Positions 50,913-64,000 are shown, counted from the stretch's first letter. The stretch is 64,000 nt of DNA from Octopus bimaculoides (GCF_001194135.2 NC_068981.1:160949125-161013124); one strand, 5' to 3'. Translations and numbers: made by a program. The notes: generated from the sequence alone by a model not told the origin.

Positions 50913-51911
50913 TTCTGAGCTTAGGTCTGTTAAATCAGAATTGACTTGGGACTAAACAACAGTAACAACAACAACAGCTGCAGTAACAACAACAACAACA
51001 ACAACAGCAACAACAACAAAATCAATAACCACAACTGTAAAATGAAATTACATGAAATTAAATACTATAGTTTTTCTATCATTCATCATACTGGAAGAAT
51101 CAGACAATGCTTGTGAGACTGTTATTGCCTCAACCTCACAAATCACTCATGGTAATACTGTGTGTTGGATTCCTTTAAAAATATTTTAAAAGAAATATTA
51201 ATATTCCCTATTATGGTGCACAACTGAAGGCGTGTGCATGTTTTTTTGGACTCATTTTTATTGCTATTGTCTATCTACTTTTGTAAATTATATAGTTTAG
51301 TCTATTTTTGATTTATAGTGTGAAAGTGTCCATAATAAACATATATGATATATGCTAACTTCACAGGTATAAAACACAAACCAATATGTTACATGATATA
51401 TTTTGAAATTTACTGTCTCCACAAGTATAAGAACAAACACCAATGGATTGCTTGGCGTATCATCTAGATATCTGTATTGGCAGTGTTTTCAAATATCACT
51501 ATTTATTTTTAGATATGTATTATATAACATGAAAATTCCACATCGATCATCTGAATATGATTTTCAATAGATCAAAGTCAATACTAGCAAAATACCACAA
51601 TTGTGTTTTGTTAAAAGTTTTACTTTTGGTGCATTACATTATTTCCAGCACTACATCTTAATTATACCTTCTGAATGCAAGGCTATCCCATGATAAAAAA
51701 AAGAAAGAAAAGAGTAAAAAAAGAATAAGAGCACATTGATATGATTTGTAGTCTACAAAGGAATTCTCGAGAAGTTATTTAGCATTTTATGAATATTTGT
51801 TTACTGATTACATATTTTCCTATCACCACAATATTGTTAAACTAAATTAAATTAAATTCTTTTGTTAAGCATGATTTCATGAACCAGTCATTATTGAATG
51901 CATGATAATAG

Positions 51912-51912
51912 C

Positions 51913-51956
<44 letters not shown>

Positions 51957-51967
51957 TAATAATAATA

Positions 51968-52002
<35 letters not shown>

Positions 52003-52005
52003 AAT
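51912..52005. repeat. (AAT)n(GAT)n microsatellite
   Basis: Directly visible. Confidence 0.95.
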
Positions 52006-52440
52006 AAAAACCTTTCTCAGACTATCTTCTGATATCCATCAGAGTTGTTGAGAAATAACAATGCTGGTTGTGAAAGGGAGAACATCAAATATCTAATATA
52101 AATGGCTTTTCAAATGAGACAATGATGTTAGACTATGGAAAGCATTAGGCAACAAATATGTTTAGGAGAATCCTATGAGTTTGGTTAAAATAGAACAGTA
52201 CCCTGTTATATTATATTTCTCTTTTATTTGCAGTAACATCCATGACTATTGCACCCCTACCCCACCTAATAATCACATCTCTTGAGGTTTTATAAGGTTC
52301 TTTTTGTTCAGCCCCAGAGCAACCAGAGTGATGATCAAAAGCATTCCAGATGTGACCATCCCATCTTTTTAGGATTATCTGTTACTATATTATGAAATGT
52401 GGCCTTTTGTAAGATGATTTGGTGTGAGTTGAGTGGAATT

Positions 52441-52704
52441 TTACTGCTATTTCCAATATATCAAGCAACCATAAAAAGGCTACATCACTGATGCATATCT
52501 GATGATATTGATATTTAGCTTGGGGGACGTTTGGCTGCTATTTCTCATATGCCAAGCAACCAAAAAAAAAGGTTACATCATTGGTACATGTCTGATGATG
52601 TTGATGTTTAGCTTGAGGGACATTTGGCTGTTATTTCTTGTGTGCCAATCATCCATGTAGAGGCTACATCATTGATGCATGTCTGATGTGGTTGATGTTT
52701 AGTC
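52441..52704 (+). repeat. three tandem units of about 92 bp
   Basis: ctgctatttc...caagcaacc...tacatca.tg...catatctgatg...tgat.tttag recurs at 52443, 52533 and 52626. Confidence 0.85.
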
Positions 52705-54791
52705 TGAATGTTTGTCGGTTCATGCATTTAGGTAAAAAAACCTTACAGGAAAGGGATTGGTGAAGGTTGGGGCTCAGGGGGGAAATGATTGACTAAATTT
52801 ATTTATTTAGGGTTTAGTTTGGAGGGTAAGACAGAGCAGATATGGTAAGACAAAGAAAAGTTGGAGTATCTTGGTGGGTTTGTGTGGAAAAAGCACACTA
52901 AGAAGTCTTTCGAGGAACATAAATTATTGTATTATTGCTGAGGGAGAGAGAGAGAGGTGGGGGGCATTTTCACCCCTTTATTTGAATGTGGATGCTCTAT
53001 TAGAACAACCTATACAGTAATCTCTCAACGATCGCAGGTGTTGCAAAACTTTCTACAGAAATAATTAAAATTTGAAAAAAAACATAAATACCTGTTGACT
53101 GCAGAAACCTGGATATACTGAGAAGTCTGCAATATAAATTTGGTACAAAATGCATTCTTGTTTGTATTGCTAGCAGGGAGACAAATCTCTGCAACCTCCA
53201 GACCATGTGATTTTGACCTTGTTTGGTCTTGTCAATGATGGACACTTGACCGCTAGAGGTAGCAGCAATTCACCTCCCTGCTAACAATATATACATTGAC
53301 AGTACCATAGTAGGCACTGGTATCACCATTAGCCAGTTAGCTTATTTACAAATATATATCAGCGACAAAGGCAACATTAATACTGAAAGGTAATATTTAT
53401 CCCCACTTAAACATGGATGTTTTATTAGAACAAACTACACTGTGGTAAATACCATGAAAGAAACTTTCATATTAGCTTTTTGATGTAAAATTGCTTATGT
53501 CACTGAGTGGGAGAGGAATGTGTATTAATTTGCTAATAAGCTAAATGTTCTCTTCAATATGGACTGGGTCATTTATGTGTGTAACATGTTTGTCCCAATA
53601 TATGTGAGCAATACTTTTATATGAGCTGCACCTCAGATTTGTAGAAGATTAAGCAATTGATCAAGGCCTAAATATTTTCAAGCTGCAGTGTCTGACAGAA
53701 TTTGTTGTTAAGTAAATATTAATTTTTATCCATGATTATGAATATATTACTTTTGTCACTTTTACATAATTTTATGTTATTTTTTGAATCATATAGATCT
53801 TGTTAATGTTTTGTTGATAAGTATTTGTTTTTTATTTTTATTACATTCACCTAAAAGTAAGTTGTCAAGTTTATCATCTATGTTTATGAAGTTGTAGGGC
53901 TTTACTCGATGTCAAAAAACAAATTTATGAGGATTCATAAATTTACTTGACAAACACAAATTTATAAGGATTCAGAAAGATAATACCACAAAATTAAAAG
54001 CTAAACTGAATCAACCAATTGCAGTGATAAATGCACAAATTGGAGGCCTCTAATTTTCTTCTGTATTGAAGAAGAACTCACCCTAGCACATATCTGGGGT
54101 ACAGTAAAAATACACAAAGAAAACAACACTCTCAAACCTATAATATGTGAAATACAACAATGCACAAGATTGCTAAATAATTAGACAACATTATCAAAAA
54201 GCACATACTGGAGAGATATGATCATGTGAAAATATTTCCTGGTAGTTTAGAAGTAGAAAGTCTGTTCATGAACATTTTAGTGCAGAAACAACAGAATTAC
54301 ATTAAATATATAAACCGCCAAATATAAAACAACCCACAGCTAATGCACTGAAGAAATTATTAGTGTCTTATACAAGAGAAGTACCCTTTTACTGTCTGCA
54401 AAGCAAACCTTATAAATATATATCAATATACAGTCATGACCAAAAGCTTGGAACATTAGTCTGAAAATTAGAATTTTTATATTAAATATCCAAAGTTATA
54501 TTTGAATTGAATTGTACTTGGGCATAACAATTTTAGTTTTTAAAAAAATGTTCCAAAAATGTTTCAAACTTTTGGCCACAACTGAATCGTTGCCAGTACC
54601 ACCTGATTGGCCTTTGTGCCAGTGGCACGTAAAAACACCCACTACACTCTCAGAGTGGTTGGCATTAGGAAGCGCATCCAGCTGTAGAAACTCTGCCAAA
54701 TCAGATTGGAACCTGGTGTAGCCATCTGGTTTCACCAGTCCTCAGTCAAATCATCCACCCATGCTAGCATGGAAAGCGGACATTAAATGAC

Positions 54792-54844
<53 letters not shown>

Positions 54845-54847
54845 CAA

Positions 54848-54878
<31 letters not shown>

Positions 54879-55004
54879 CGAGGATAACTGGAAATGTTCT
54901 CTGTAGGACAAACCTGTTGTAGTTCAGGCTTTTGCTACTAGAAGCCACATGTGCATGTGCATATGCATGTGTGTGTATACATACATACATACATAATACG
55001 GATG

Positions 55005-55044
<40 letters not shown>

Positions 55045-55403
55045 AGTAAAAATAAATACAAAAAAAGGTGGATTTTTTTGTATGATTGTGTATAGAGGAA
55101 TATATTATTTTGCTTAAAAGAGTTATATATATATCTACAGACATATATGAGGGGGTCCTGAAGAGTATCCTGGCTTTGGGTACAAGAAAATACAAGAGGA
55201 TCAGTTATCATGATTTTATTCAACATATTCCCCTCTCAGATTCACATACTTATTGCAGCAGTCCCTTAGTTTTTCTAAGCCCTGTAAAAGAACTTGGAAG
55301 GTTGGGCCTCCAACCAGGCCTTTTGTGATATCCATAAAGCCAGGAATATTTCAGAACTCCCTTGCATGTGTATGTATATATATATATATATATNNNNNNN
55401 NNN

Positions 55404-56653
55404 TTGCTGAGTCACTATCAGAATTAGAGGAGAAGTTTCAGGTGTGGAAGCAGGGACTAGAATCGAAGGGCCTTAGAATCAACCTAGCTAAAACCAAAGT
55501 CCTAATAAGTAGGAAGGTAGATAAAACACAAACCCCTTCAGGTAGATGGCCCTGTTCAATATGTAGAAAAGGTGTAGGTAGTAACTGTATAAGATGTACC
55601 TAGTGCAAGCTATGGACACAAGAGGTGCAGCAATATCAAAGGCAGGTTAACTAGGAAGTTAGCTTTTGTATGTGGCAGATGTTCAGGTGCAATAAACACT
55701 GTAAACAAACAGGAAACAACTTCTGTCTCATTCCAAGGAGAAAAACTAGAGGTAGTTGATAGCTTCCGCTATCTGGGTGACCAAGTTAGTAGTGAGGCTG
55801 GGTGCACTGAAAGTGTAGCTGCTAGAATAAGAATAGCCTGGGCAAAGTTGAGAGAGCTCTTACCTCTGCTGGCGACAAAGAGACTCTCACTCAGAGTAAA
55901 AGGCAGACTGTACGACACATGTGTATGAACAGCCATGCTACATGGCAGTGAAACATGGGCCATAACTGCTGAGGACATGCGTAAGCTCGCAAGGAATGAA
56001 GCCAGTATTCTCCGATGGATGAGTAATGTCAGTGTGCATACCCGACAGAGTGTAAGTATATTGAGAGAAAAGTTGAACATAAGAAGCGTCAGTAGTGGTG
56101 TGCAAGAGAGACGATTGCGCTGGTTTNNNNNNNNNNNNNNNNNNNNNNNNNNNNNNNNNNNNNNNNNNNNNNNNNNNNNNNNNNNNNNNNNNNNNNNNNN
56201 NNNNNNNNNNNNNNNNNNNNNNNNNNNNNNNNNNNNNNNNNNNNNNNNNNNNNNNNNNNNNNNNNNNNNNNNNNNNNNNNGATGACTTCTGACCGAGACC
56301 TTTGGAAATACGCTGTGCGTGAGAAGACCCGGCAAGCCAAGTGAGACCTAAATCCAAGGCCTCTGCCAGGGGTGTAGCCAGCCCACTTATGCGTACCTTT
56401 CCTTCATTGGACACTAAACTCCGCTTGCGAAGACCTGTTGAGGCAAGCGAAATCGAAACCGAACTAAATTCAACGACTGGCACCCATGGCAACGTCATCT
56501 CCTTTGTTGGACATGAAACTCAGCTTGCAAAGACTTATTGGGGCAAGCGAAAGCGAAATCGGGATGGCACCTGTGCCCAGCGTCGCCTTTCTGGCACTTG
56601 TGCCCGTGGCATGTGTAATGGACTTTCGAGCGAGATCGTTGCCAGTGCCCCTG
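55404..56653 (+). mobile_element. RTE-clade LINE 3' part (ORF2 C-terminus with PHD-like finger, plus 3' UTR), decayed, contains N gap
   Basis: LESKGLRINLAKTKVL, FRYLGD, AWAKLRELLPLL, LHGSETW, RRLRWF, DRDLWKYAV..*; stops near 55601 and 55927 and a frameshift near 55620. Confidence 0.9.
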
Positions 56654-57029
56654 ACGATGATGATGATGATGATGATAATGATGATATATATATACACACT
56701 ATTAACATCATCACTTAATGTCCACTTTCATTGCAAGCATGGGTTGAATGGTTTGATAGGTTCTGGCAAGGTGCAAGGCCACATGAAGCTCATTACAGGC
56801 TTCTGCACAGTTTTCATCAAATAAATTCATTCACAAGGCATTGGTCAGTCTGGGGCTATAGTAGAAAACACTTGCCCAAGATGCTAAGCAATGGCGCTGA
56901 ACCTGAAACCATGTAGCTGCAAGCTTTTTAACCACACAGGCATGCCTTCAACTTTTACAGCAGTACAGTACGTTCTTTGACATAAACGTTCAGATGGAAA
57001 ACAGCAAACACATTACAATCATTTACACC

Positions 57030-57370
57030 AAAGACACGAATAAATGGATTTTTATTGCATGAAGACAGTGAATGTTCACACAGATACAAAATGTCAGTGA
57101 TAAAATCTTTGCACAGAACACCATTTAGAGTCTCTTTCATGAATGAATCTACAGATAAAGAAATCCACAGAATAAGACAAATGCAAGTCAACAATGGTTA
57201 TTCCAACAAGCTAAACAGAACAAGTAATAGAAAGAAATGCACTGCAACAAACACTTTAGATACCACACCTGTTAAAATAACACAAACACATAGAATGTGT
57301 TAAAGGAAATAAATACATAGCATGGAATTCATGAATGCATTATCAAAAGCCTCATGAAACAACAACATCA
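57030..57370 (+). mobile_element. PLE thumb-region fragment
   Basis: GFLLHEDSECSHRYKMSVIKSLHRT...EIHRIRQMQVNNGYSNKL resembles the PLE K..I..L..RA...L..NGYP segment. Confidence 0.6.
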
Positions 57371-57993
57371 AGCAACAAAACACTTATGTTAATATCTTTC
57401 ATCCTTTATTTTTTTACTTGTTTCAGTTAGTGGACTGCAGCTATGTTAGGGCACCTCCAGGAGGTTTGACAAATGGAACCAAATCTTAGCATTTTTCTTT
57501 TTTTATATTTTTAAACCTAGTACTTATTCTATTGGCCTCTTTTGCCAAACTGCAAAGTTGCAGGGATGCAAACAAACTGGCACTGGTTGACAAGTGGTGA
57601 GAGTTGCAGACAACCACAAAAGCACACTTATACATGCATATATACATACATGTATATATACATACACATATATATATATACATATATATACACACATATA
57701 TGTGCATATATATGTATGTGAGTGTGTATATACATGCATATACATGCATATACATATATAGTCTATATCTCTATTTATGTATGTATGTGTGTGTGTGTGC
57801 ATGCATGTATGCACGCGCATGTGTGCATGTGTGTGTATATATGTATACACACACATATATGGTTCCACATAAAAGCACCTGTGTGGTGCCATGTAAACGC
57901 ACCCAACACACTCTGTAAAGTAGCTGGTGTTAGGAAGGGCATACACCTGTAGAAACCATGCCATCACATGGACAACAGATGTTAAATGATGAT

Positions 57994-58032
<39 letters not shown>

Positions 58033-58250
58033 AATATAGAGTAGTTGTACAACAAGGCACCAATGTTTACTGGAAATATCAGTTAATAAAATTTTTACGA
58101 CACTATAGTAAAACTTCATACTGGCAAAGACGTGTGAGGGCAGCACACATAAAAAATTTCGTCTTACCTCTAGGAACAACATTAGATAAATGGACAACCA
58201 ATCTAGTACCTAGGTTTTGGACTCTTCAAATATATACATACATACATACA

Positions 58251-58282
<32 letters not shown>

Positions 58283-59110
58283 CATGACAAGTTTCCAGAC
58301 TGTTTTCATCAACCAAATGCACTTACAAAGTATTAGTCAGCCCAGGGCCATGCAGTGGGATAGTATCCAAAACAGCTGCAGAGTGAGCTTCTTAACCACA
58401 CAGCCATGCCAGTGCCTATACAACCATTAGCATGAACATGCTGAAATTAGGAATTAAAAAACAAAGACTTATTCTCAGTAGCAAACCACAAACATTTTCC
58501 AAACAATATATTAATGACCAAAGTGATAATAAATTTTTTTGCAATTGTCATAATTGTAAACTTCATGACTCTAACTGTTATATTGCTTATACAAGTGAGT
58601 TTATTGTAGAATATGATTAATATATTGGTAATACATCTGTATCAGTTAACAAGGAATATTTCTAATGTGCTACATAATGAAACAACTCTCATTTTCTAGG
58701 AAGAACAGGACCAAATCCCTAAAATATTAGAGACACCAGAGAGATGTTCCAGTTGAACTTGTTCAAGGAGGAACAAAAAAGGACCTCCATACTGTTTGAA
58801 GGTAATATTTTTGTTTTTAAGCTAAGGGAAGTAACTTTGAGTGAGTCGTGATAGCACTGATGTTTCATTGCTACCGTGACAACCAACATTATTTCTTTTT
58901 TAAGCAAAAGTTTGAAAGCTGAGTCAACAGAGAGGAGTTATAACTAGATGAAATCTGCAGGTGGTTTAAATGCACAAGTCTCTGATATTCAAGTGTAACA
59001 CACACACACACTCACACACACACACACACACACACACATACAAACACACATCTACATACATACATACATACATACATACATACATACATACATACATACA
59101 TACATACATG

Positions 59111-60349
59111 TTGGGTTGGCAACTAAGTTTTTTAAATTTTGGAATTTATTGCGTTCTTAAATTTTGGAACCTATTTTGTTTTTTGTTTTCTAGTTAATTT
59201 TAGTTAATTTTTGTTTATTTTCAGATCATTAAAATGAAATGCCAAGTTAAGAAAAACGAGCATTTTCGACACCTTCTTTTTTGCTTTTAATCAAGGTTCT
59301 AAGGCTGCAGAAGCTGCTTGCAACATTTGTGCTGTGTATGGAGAGGGTGCCATAGCTGAAAGAACCACTTGTGATTGGTATGCCAAGTTCAAAAATGGAA
59401 ATTTTGACCTCAAAGACACACCTCGTTCTGGCTTTTCAGTTGAGTTCGATGAAGAGCGATTAAACCAACTTTTGCACAAAAATTCTCTTCAAACGACAAG
59501 GGAACTGGCAGAGAAAATGGAATGCTCCCACACTGCTATAGAGAAGCATCTTCACTCGATGGGAAAGTTTCAGAAGTATGGAGCATGGGTTCTGCATGCT
59601 TTAAGTGACAACAACAAAATCAACGAGCCACAACCTCTGCTGGTTTGCTTGCTCATCACTGCTCAACTCATGGACACAAGCAACGATTTCTTTACCAAAT
59701 TGTTACTGGTGATGAAAAATGATGCCTGTACATCAATACGAAGCAGCGTAAGGAAATGGCTTAGCCCCGGTAAACAAGTGACACCGTGCGTGAAACAAGA
59801 TCTTCATCTGCGTAAAATGATGTTGTGTGTATGGTGGGACTGAGAAGGGATTATCCATTACGAATTACTTGATCGGAACCAGATGGTCAATGTGGAACTC
59901 TATGTTCAACAAATGGAATGACTCAACATGGCTATTCAAGAGAAAAGATCTAATCGTCAGCATGGAGTTCTTCTGCTGCATGACAATGCCCGCCCTCATA
60001 TCGCCAATATGACCAAAGAACCATTCAAACGCATGGCTGGGAAGTGCTGCCACACTCGCCGTACTCTCCTGATTTGGCACCAATGGATTTGCACCTCTTT
60101 CGATCTCTTTCAAATGCTATGCACAGAGTTTTGTTCAATACTGATGCAGAATTGAGAGCTTGGTTGGATCAATTTTTCGAGTCAAAATCGGGTGATTTCT
60201 ACTAATGAGGTATTGAAAATCTTGTTGAATGTTGGGAAGAAGTTGTAAAGAGTGAATACATTATTGATTAATTAGTTGTTATTTTTGTTATTAAACCTTT
60301 TAAAAAATTTAAATTTTAAAAAATGGCGGGAATTTAGTTGCCAACTCAA
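59111..60349 (+). mobile_element. mariner transposon (second subfamily), decayed, inserted in a (TACA)n tract
   Basis: TIRs ttgggttggcaactaagtt / aatttagttgccaactcaa; MKCQVKKNEHFRH, VTGDEK*, LHDNARPH, YSPDLAPMD; several stops and frameshifts. Confidence 0.92.
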
Positions 60350-60665
60350 TACATACATACATACATACATACATACATACATGTATTTTTTTNNNNNNNN
60401 NNNNNNNNNNNNNNNNNNNNNNNNNNNNNNNNNNNNNNNNNNNNNNNNNNNNNNNNNNNNNNNNNNNNNNNNNNNNNNNNNNNNNNNNNNNNNNNNNNNN
60501 NNNNNNNNNNNNNNNNNNNNNNNNNNNNNNNNNNNNNNNNNNNNNNNNNNNNNNNNNNNNNNNNNNNNNNNNNNNNNNNNNNNNNNNNNNNNNNNNNNNN
60601 NNNNNNNNNNNNNNNNNNNNNNNNNNNNNNNNNNNNNNNNNNNNNNNNNNNNNNNNNNNNNNNNN

Positions 60666-61052
60666 GAGGCGCAATGGCCCAGTGGTTAGGGCAGCGGACT
60701 CGCGGTCATAGGATCGCGGTTTCAATTCCCAGACCGGGCATTGTGAGTGTTTATTGAGCGAAAACACCTAAAGCTCCACGAGGCTCCGGCAGGGGATGGT
60801 GGCGAACCCTGCTGTACTCTTCCACCACAACTTTCTCTCACTCTTACTTCCTGTTTCTGTTGTGCCTGTAATTCAAAGGGTCAGCCTTGTCACACTGTGT
60901 CACGCTGAATATCCCCGAGAACTACGTTAAGGGTACACGTGTCTGTGGAGTGCTCAGCCACTTGCACGTTAATTTCATGAGCAGGCTGTTCCATTGATCG
61001 GATCAGCTGGAACCCTCGACATCGTAAGCAACGGAGTGCCAACAACAACAAC
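60666..61052 (+). mobile_element. tRNA-derived SINE, same family as 28621, (CAA)n tail
   Basis: Colinear with 28621-29003 over about 380 bp with few substitutions. Confidence 0.88.
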
Positions 61053-62186
61053 CATGTATCCAGCATAACACATCACTTAATCATGAAGAAAATAATATAA
61101 AGATCTTAACATATTGATGACGGATTAAAAAATTTTGCAGTTTCAATCAAACTGCAATGACCTCATGACAATATGAAAGAGACCTTAGTGACAAGAAGAA
61201 AAAAAGATAGAAACGTAGAACACAGCATAACTAAAAGAAGCCCTACAGAGGACAAGCCTTGTGAGTGGATTTAGTTGTTTAGAAACTGAAAGAAGCTCAT
61301 ATATATACACACACATAAACACAGACACATACATATATATATTTGTCTGTATGTATTATTTCTTTATTGCCCACAAGGGCTACACACAGAGGGGACAAAC
61401 AAGGACAGACAAACGGATTAAGTCGATTATATCGACCCCAGTGCGTAACTGGTACTTATTTAATCGACCCCGAAAGGATGAAAGGCAAATTCGACCTCGG
61501 CGGAATTTGAACTCAGAACGTAGTGGCAGACGAAATACCGCTAAGCATTTTGCCCAGTGTGCTAACGTTTCTGCCAGCTCGCCACCGTGTATTTGTCTGT
61601 ATTTGTCTGTATGTGTATGTGTGTCTCTTTGGCTTAACATTGTATGGAAGTTGTGACTTTCACAAACATATACGTAATGTCAGTCATTTCCTATCTTCAA
61701 TGAATATATATACTTAGGCATGGGGAAATATTACTTTGCTTGGAAACAAGTGAGAGTGGGCATCTGGATATAGAAAATCTGCCCCACCGAATCTTGTCTG
61801 ATGCATGCAAGCATAAGAAAATGAATGTTAAAATGGTGATGTTGATGATGACAATGACGATAGCAATGGTAATGATAATGATGATGATGATGATGATGAC
61901 TGCAATGAAAGTGGACAGTATATTATGCTAGTGGAGAAATGCATCTGTTGAACTGTGGCTAACTGGTTAAGGATGATCTGGAGAATAATGTTTAAGTTTG
62001 CACCAGACAAACAGTAAAGATCTATAAAGCGAGATTGTTCTAAGCTTCAGACAGTATAAATACTAAATACAAAATATAAAATAAATACAAAACAATAGAT
62101 GATAATTTTCCTTGGATATTTTTCATAATGGCTTGTATTAATAATAATAATAAAGATGATGATGATGATGATGATGATGACGATGG

Positions 62187-62217
<31 letters not shown>

Positions 62218-63571
62218 AATCATGATAATAATCTAAATAAATGATCTTTGTTAAAAAAATTCTGAGGAATTGAGAAAAATTTTTCCCAATATCCCCCTAT
62301 AGATATTTTCCTTGCCATTAAATATAGATCTACAGTAATGTAAGTTCTTAGTTATGACAAATTTTCTTGATCTCTTCTCTTCTTCCTTTCTTTCATTTAG
62401 AAGGATTCAGAAATTAAAAGTAAAAATATTCAGGCGCAGGAGTGGCTGTGTGGTAAGTAGCTTGCTTACCAACCACATGGTTCTGGGTTCAGTCCCACTG
62501 CGTGGCACCTTGGGCAAGTGTCNNNNNNNNNNNNNNNNNNNNNNNNNNNNNNNNNNNNNNNNNNNNNNNNNNNNNNNNNNNNNNNNNTATATATATATAT
62601 ATATGAATGTGTGTTTGCGTGTCTGTGTTTGTCCCCCTACCATTGCTTGACAACCGATGTTGCTGTGTTTACGTTCCCGTAACTTAGTGGTTCGGCAAAA
62701 GAGACCGATAGAATAAATACTAGGCTTCCAAAGAATAAGTCCTGGGGTCGATTTGCTCAACTAAAGGCGGTGATCCAGCATGGCCGCAGTCAAATGACTG
62801 AAACAAGTAAAAGAATAAAAGAGTAAAGAGTTAAAATTAAATCCATAACAATCATTGTGTAATAAATTTTCACATCCCTTTCATAAGAAATGAGAAGTTC
62901 TGAATGAAATACTTCTCGAAAGAGAGGATTTGAATTATCATATCTTATTTTCAATTGTACTTTGCCCATGCTGGGGTACCACCTTGAATGGTTTTAATCA
63001 AACAAACTGATCCCAATACTTATTTCTGCTAAACTGTTAAGTTATGAGGATGTAAACAAACCAACACTAGTTCTCAAGCAGTGAAGGGGGACAAACACAA
63101 TGACACGCACACACATTCACACACACACACACTCACACCACTCACACACACACATGCATGCACACATGCATACATACATACATACATACATATATGTATG
63201 TATGTATGAATGTATGTATGTATGCATGTGTACATGTATGTATGTATGTATGCATGCATGCATGCATGCATGTATGTATGTATGTATGTATGTATGTATA
63301 TAATTGAAAAAATGAGCTAGCCAGCTCTACTCATTTTTTCAGATATTTATAATACTATACCAAGAACTTACTTTTTATTATTCTACTATAAATATATGTG
63401 TGTACATATATATATATATAACCTTTAAAATCCGTGTTGCTTTTTTTGATTTTTGATCACCTTGTTTTTGGAATTGTTTTGGATAATACCATACTATATT
63501 CTGGTGCTTAAACATAAGTACCACATTCAATTTTGAATCTAAATCTTTTATATATATATATATATATATGA

Positions 63572-63931
63572 CCAGCTATCTGAATTGACAGTACCTTGGT
63601 AGATGAAGCAATTAAGGGTATGAAGACAGGAAAAGCCCCCGGCCCATCAGGAATCACCACAGAGATGCTCAAAATATCTGGCGGTGTCGGCTATAGCCTA
63701 GTCACCCATTTAGTTAACCAGGTGATACATGAAGGAGTCACACCCAATGACTGGTGTAGCAGCACCATAGTCAACTGCTACAAAGGTAAAGGTGAAACTT
63801 TAGAGGAAAAGTTTCAGGTGTGGAAGCAAGGATTAGAATTGAAGGGCCTTAGAGTCAACCTAGCTAAAACCAAAGTCTTAATAAGTAGGAAGGCAGGCAA
63901 ACCACAAATCCATTCAGGTAGATGGCCCTGC
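63572..63931 (+). mobile_element. RTE LINE fragment, same family as 55404, RT core internally deleted
   Basis: AIKGMKTGKAPGPSGITTEMLK...CYKGKG fused directly to LEEKFQVWKQGLELKGLRVNLAKTK. Confidence 0.85.
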
Positions 63932-64000
63932 ACAGTTGAGCGAGAGACCAACAAAACTCCTTGTTACACCAAGGATGAACTGAAGGCAAGGATTAGGGCA
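63932..64000 (+). mobile_element. Tc1/mariner-superfamily transposase C-terminal fragment, runs off the window
   Basis: VERETNKTPCYTKDELKARI resembles Tc1-like C-termini. Confidence 0.5.

Noticed and set aside
59334-59843. Domesticated SETMAR-like gene
   Set aside because: It lies within TIRs, has multiple stops and frameshifts, and has no SET exon or splice link nearby.

Overview
Eukaryotic, AT-rich, microsatellite-dense DNA with N gaps. The SINE families present look like those described from Octopus, so a cephalopod origin is inferred. One host gene is firmly supported: the 3' half of WDR19/IFT144 (IFT-A core subunit) on the + strand. I assembled it by hand as 14 GT-AG exons from 3215 to 44195 (1540 nt, one open frame of 512 codons plus stop, all intron phases compatible); earlier exons lie left of the window. 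The ORF track misses most of these exons and is dominated by microsatellite artefacts. The rest is layered transposon debris: two decayed mariner elements, a 2.1-kb hAT-type element with a perfect 8-bp TSD, two piggyBac-type MITEs, a Helentron-like element, several RTE LINE fragments, several Penelope-like (PLE) fragments and four or more tRNA-derived SINE families. The most interesting signals: (1) minimal type I hammerhead ribozyme motifs linked to PLE remnants, where the one with an intact core is antisense to WDR19 and the sense copies are damaged; (2) a head-to-head inverted PLE pair in the last intron; (3) an RTE LINE with a PHD-type zinc finger inside ORF2 and a 3' UTR built from variable arrays of double-hairpin modules; (4) SINEs that swap bodies and tails across an internal microsatellite hinge; (5) a weak candidate for an unannotated spliced transcript at 50.3-58.8 kb. 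No prokaryote-type system (CRISPR, operon) is supported. All family assignments come from remembered motifs, not from database searches.
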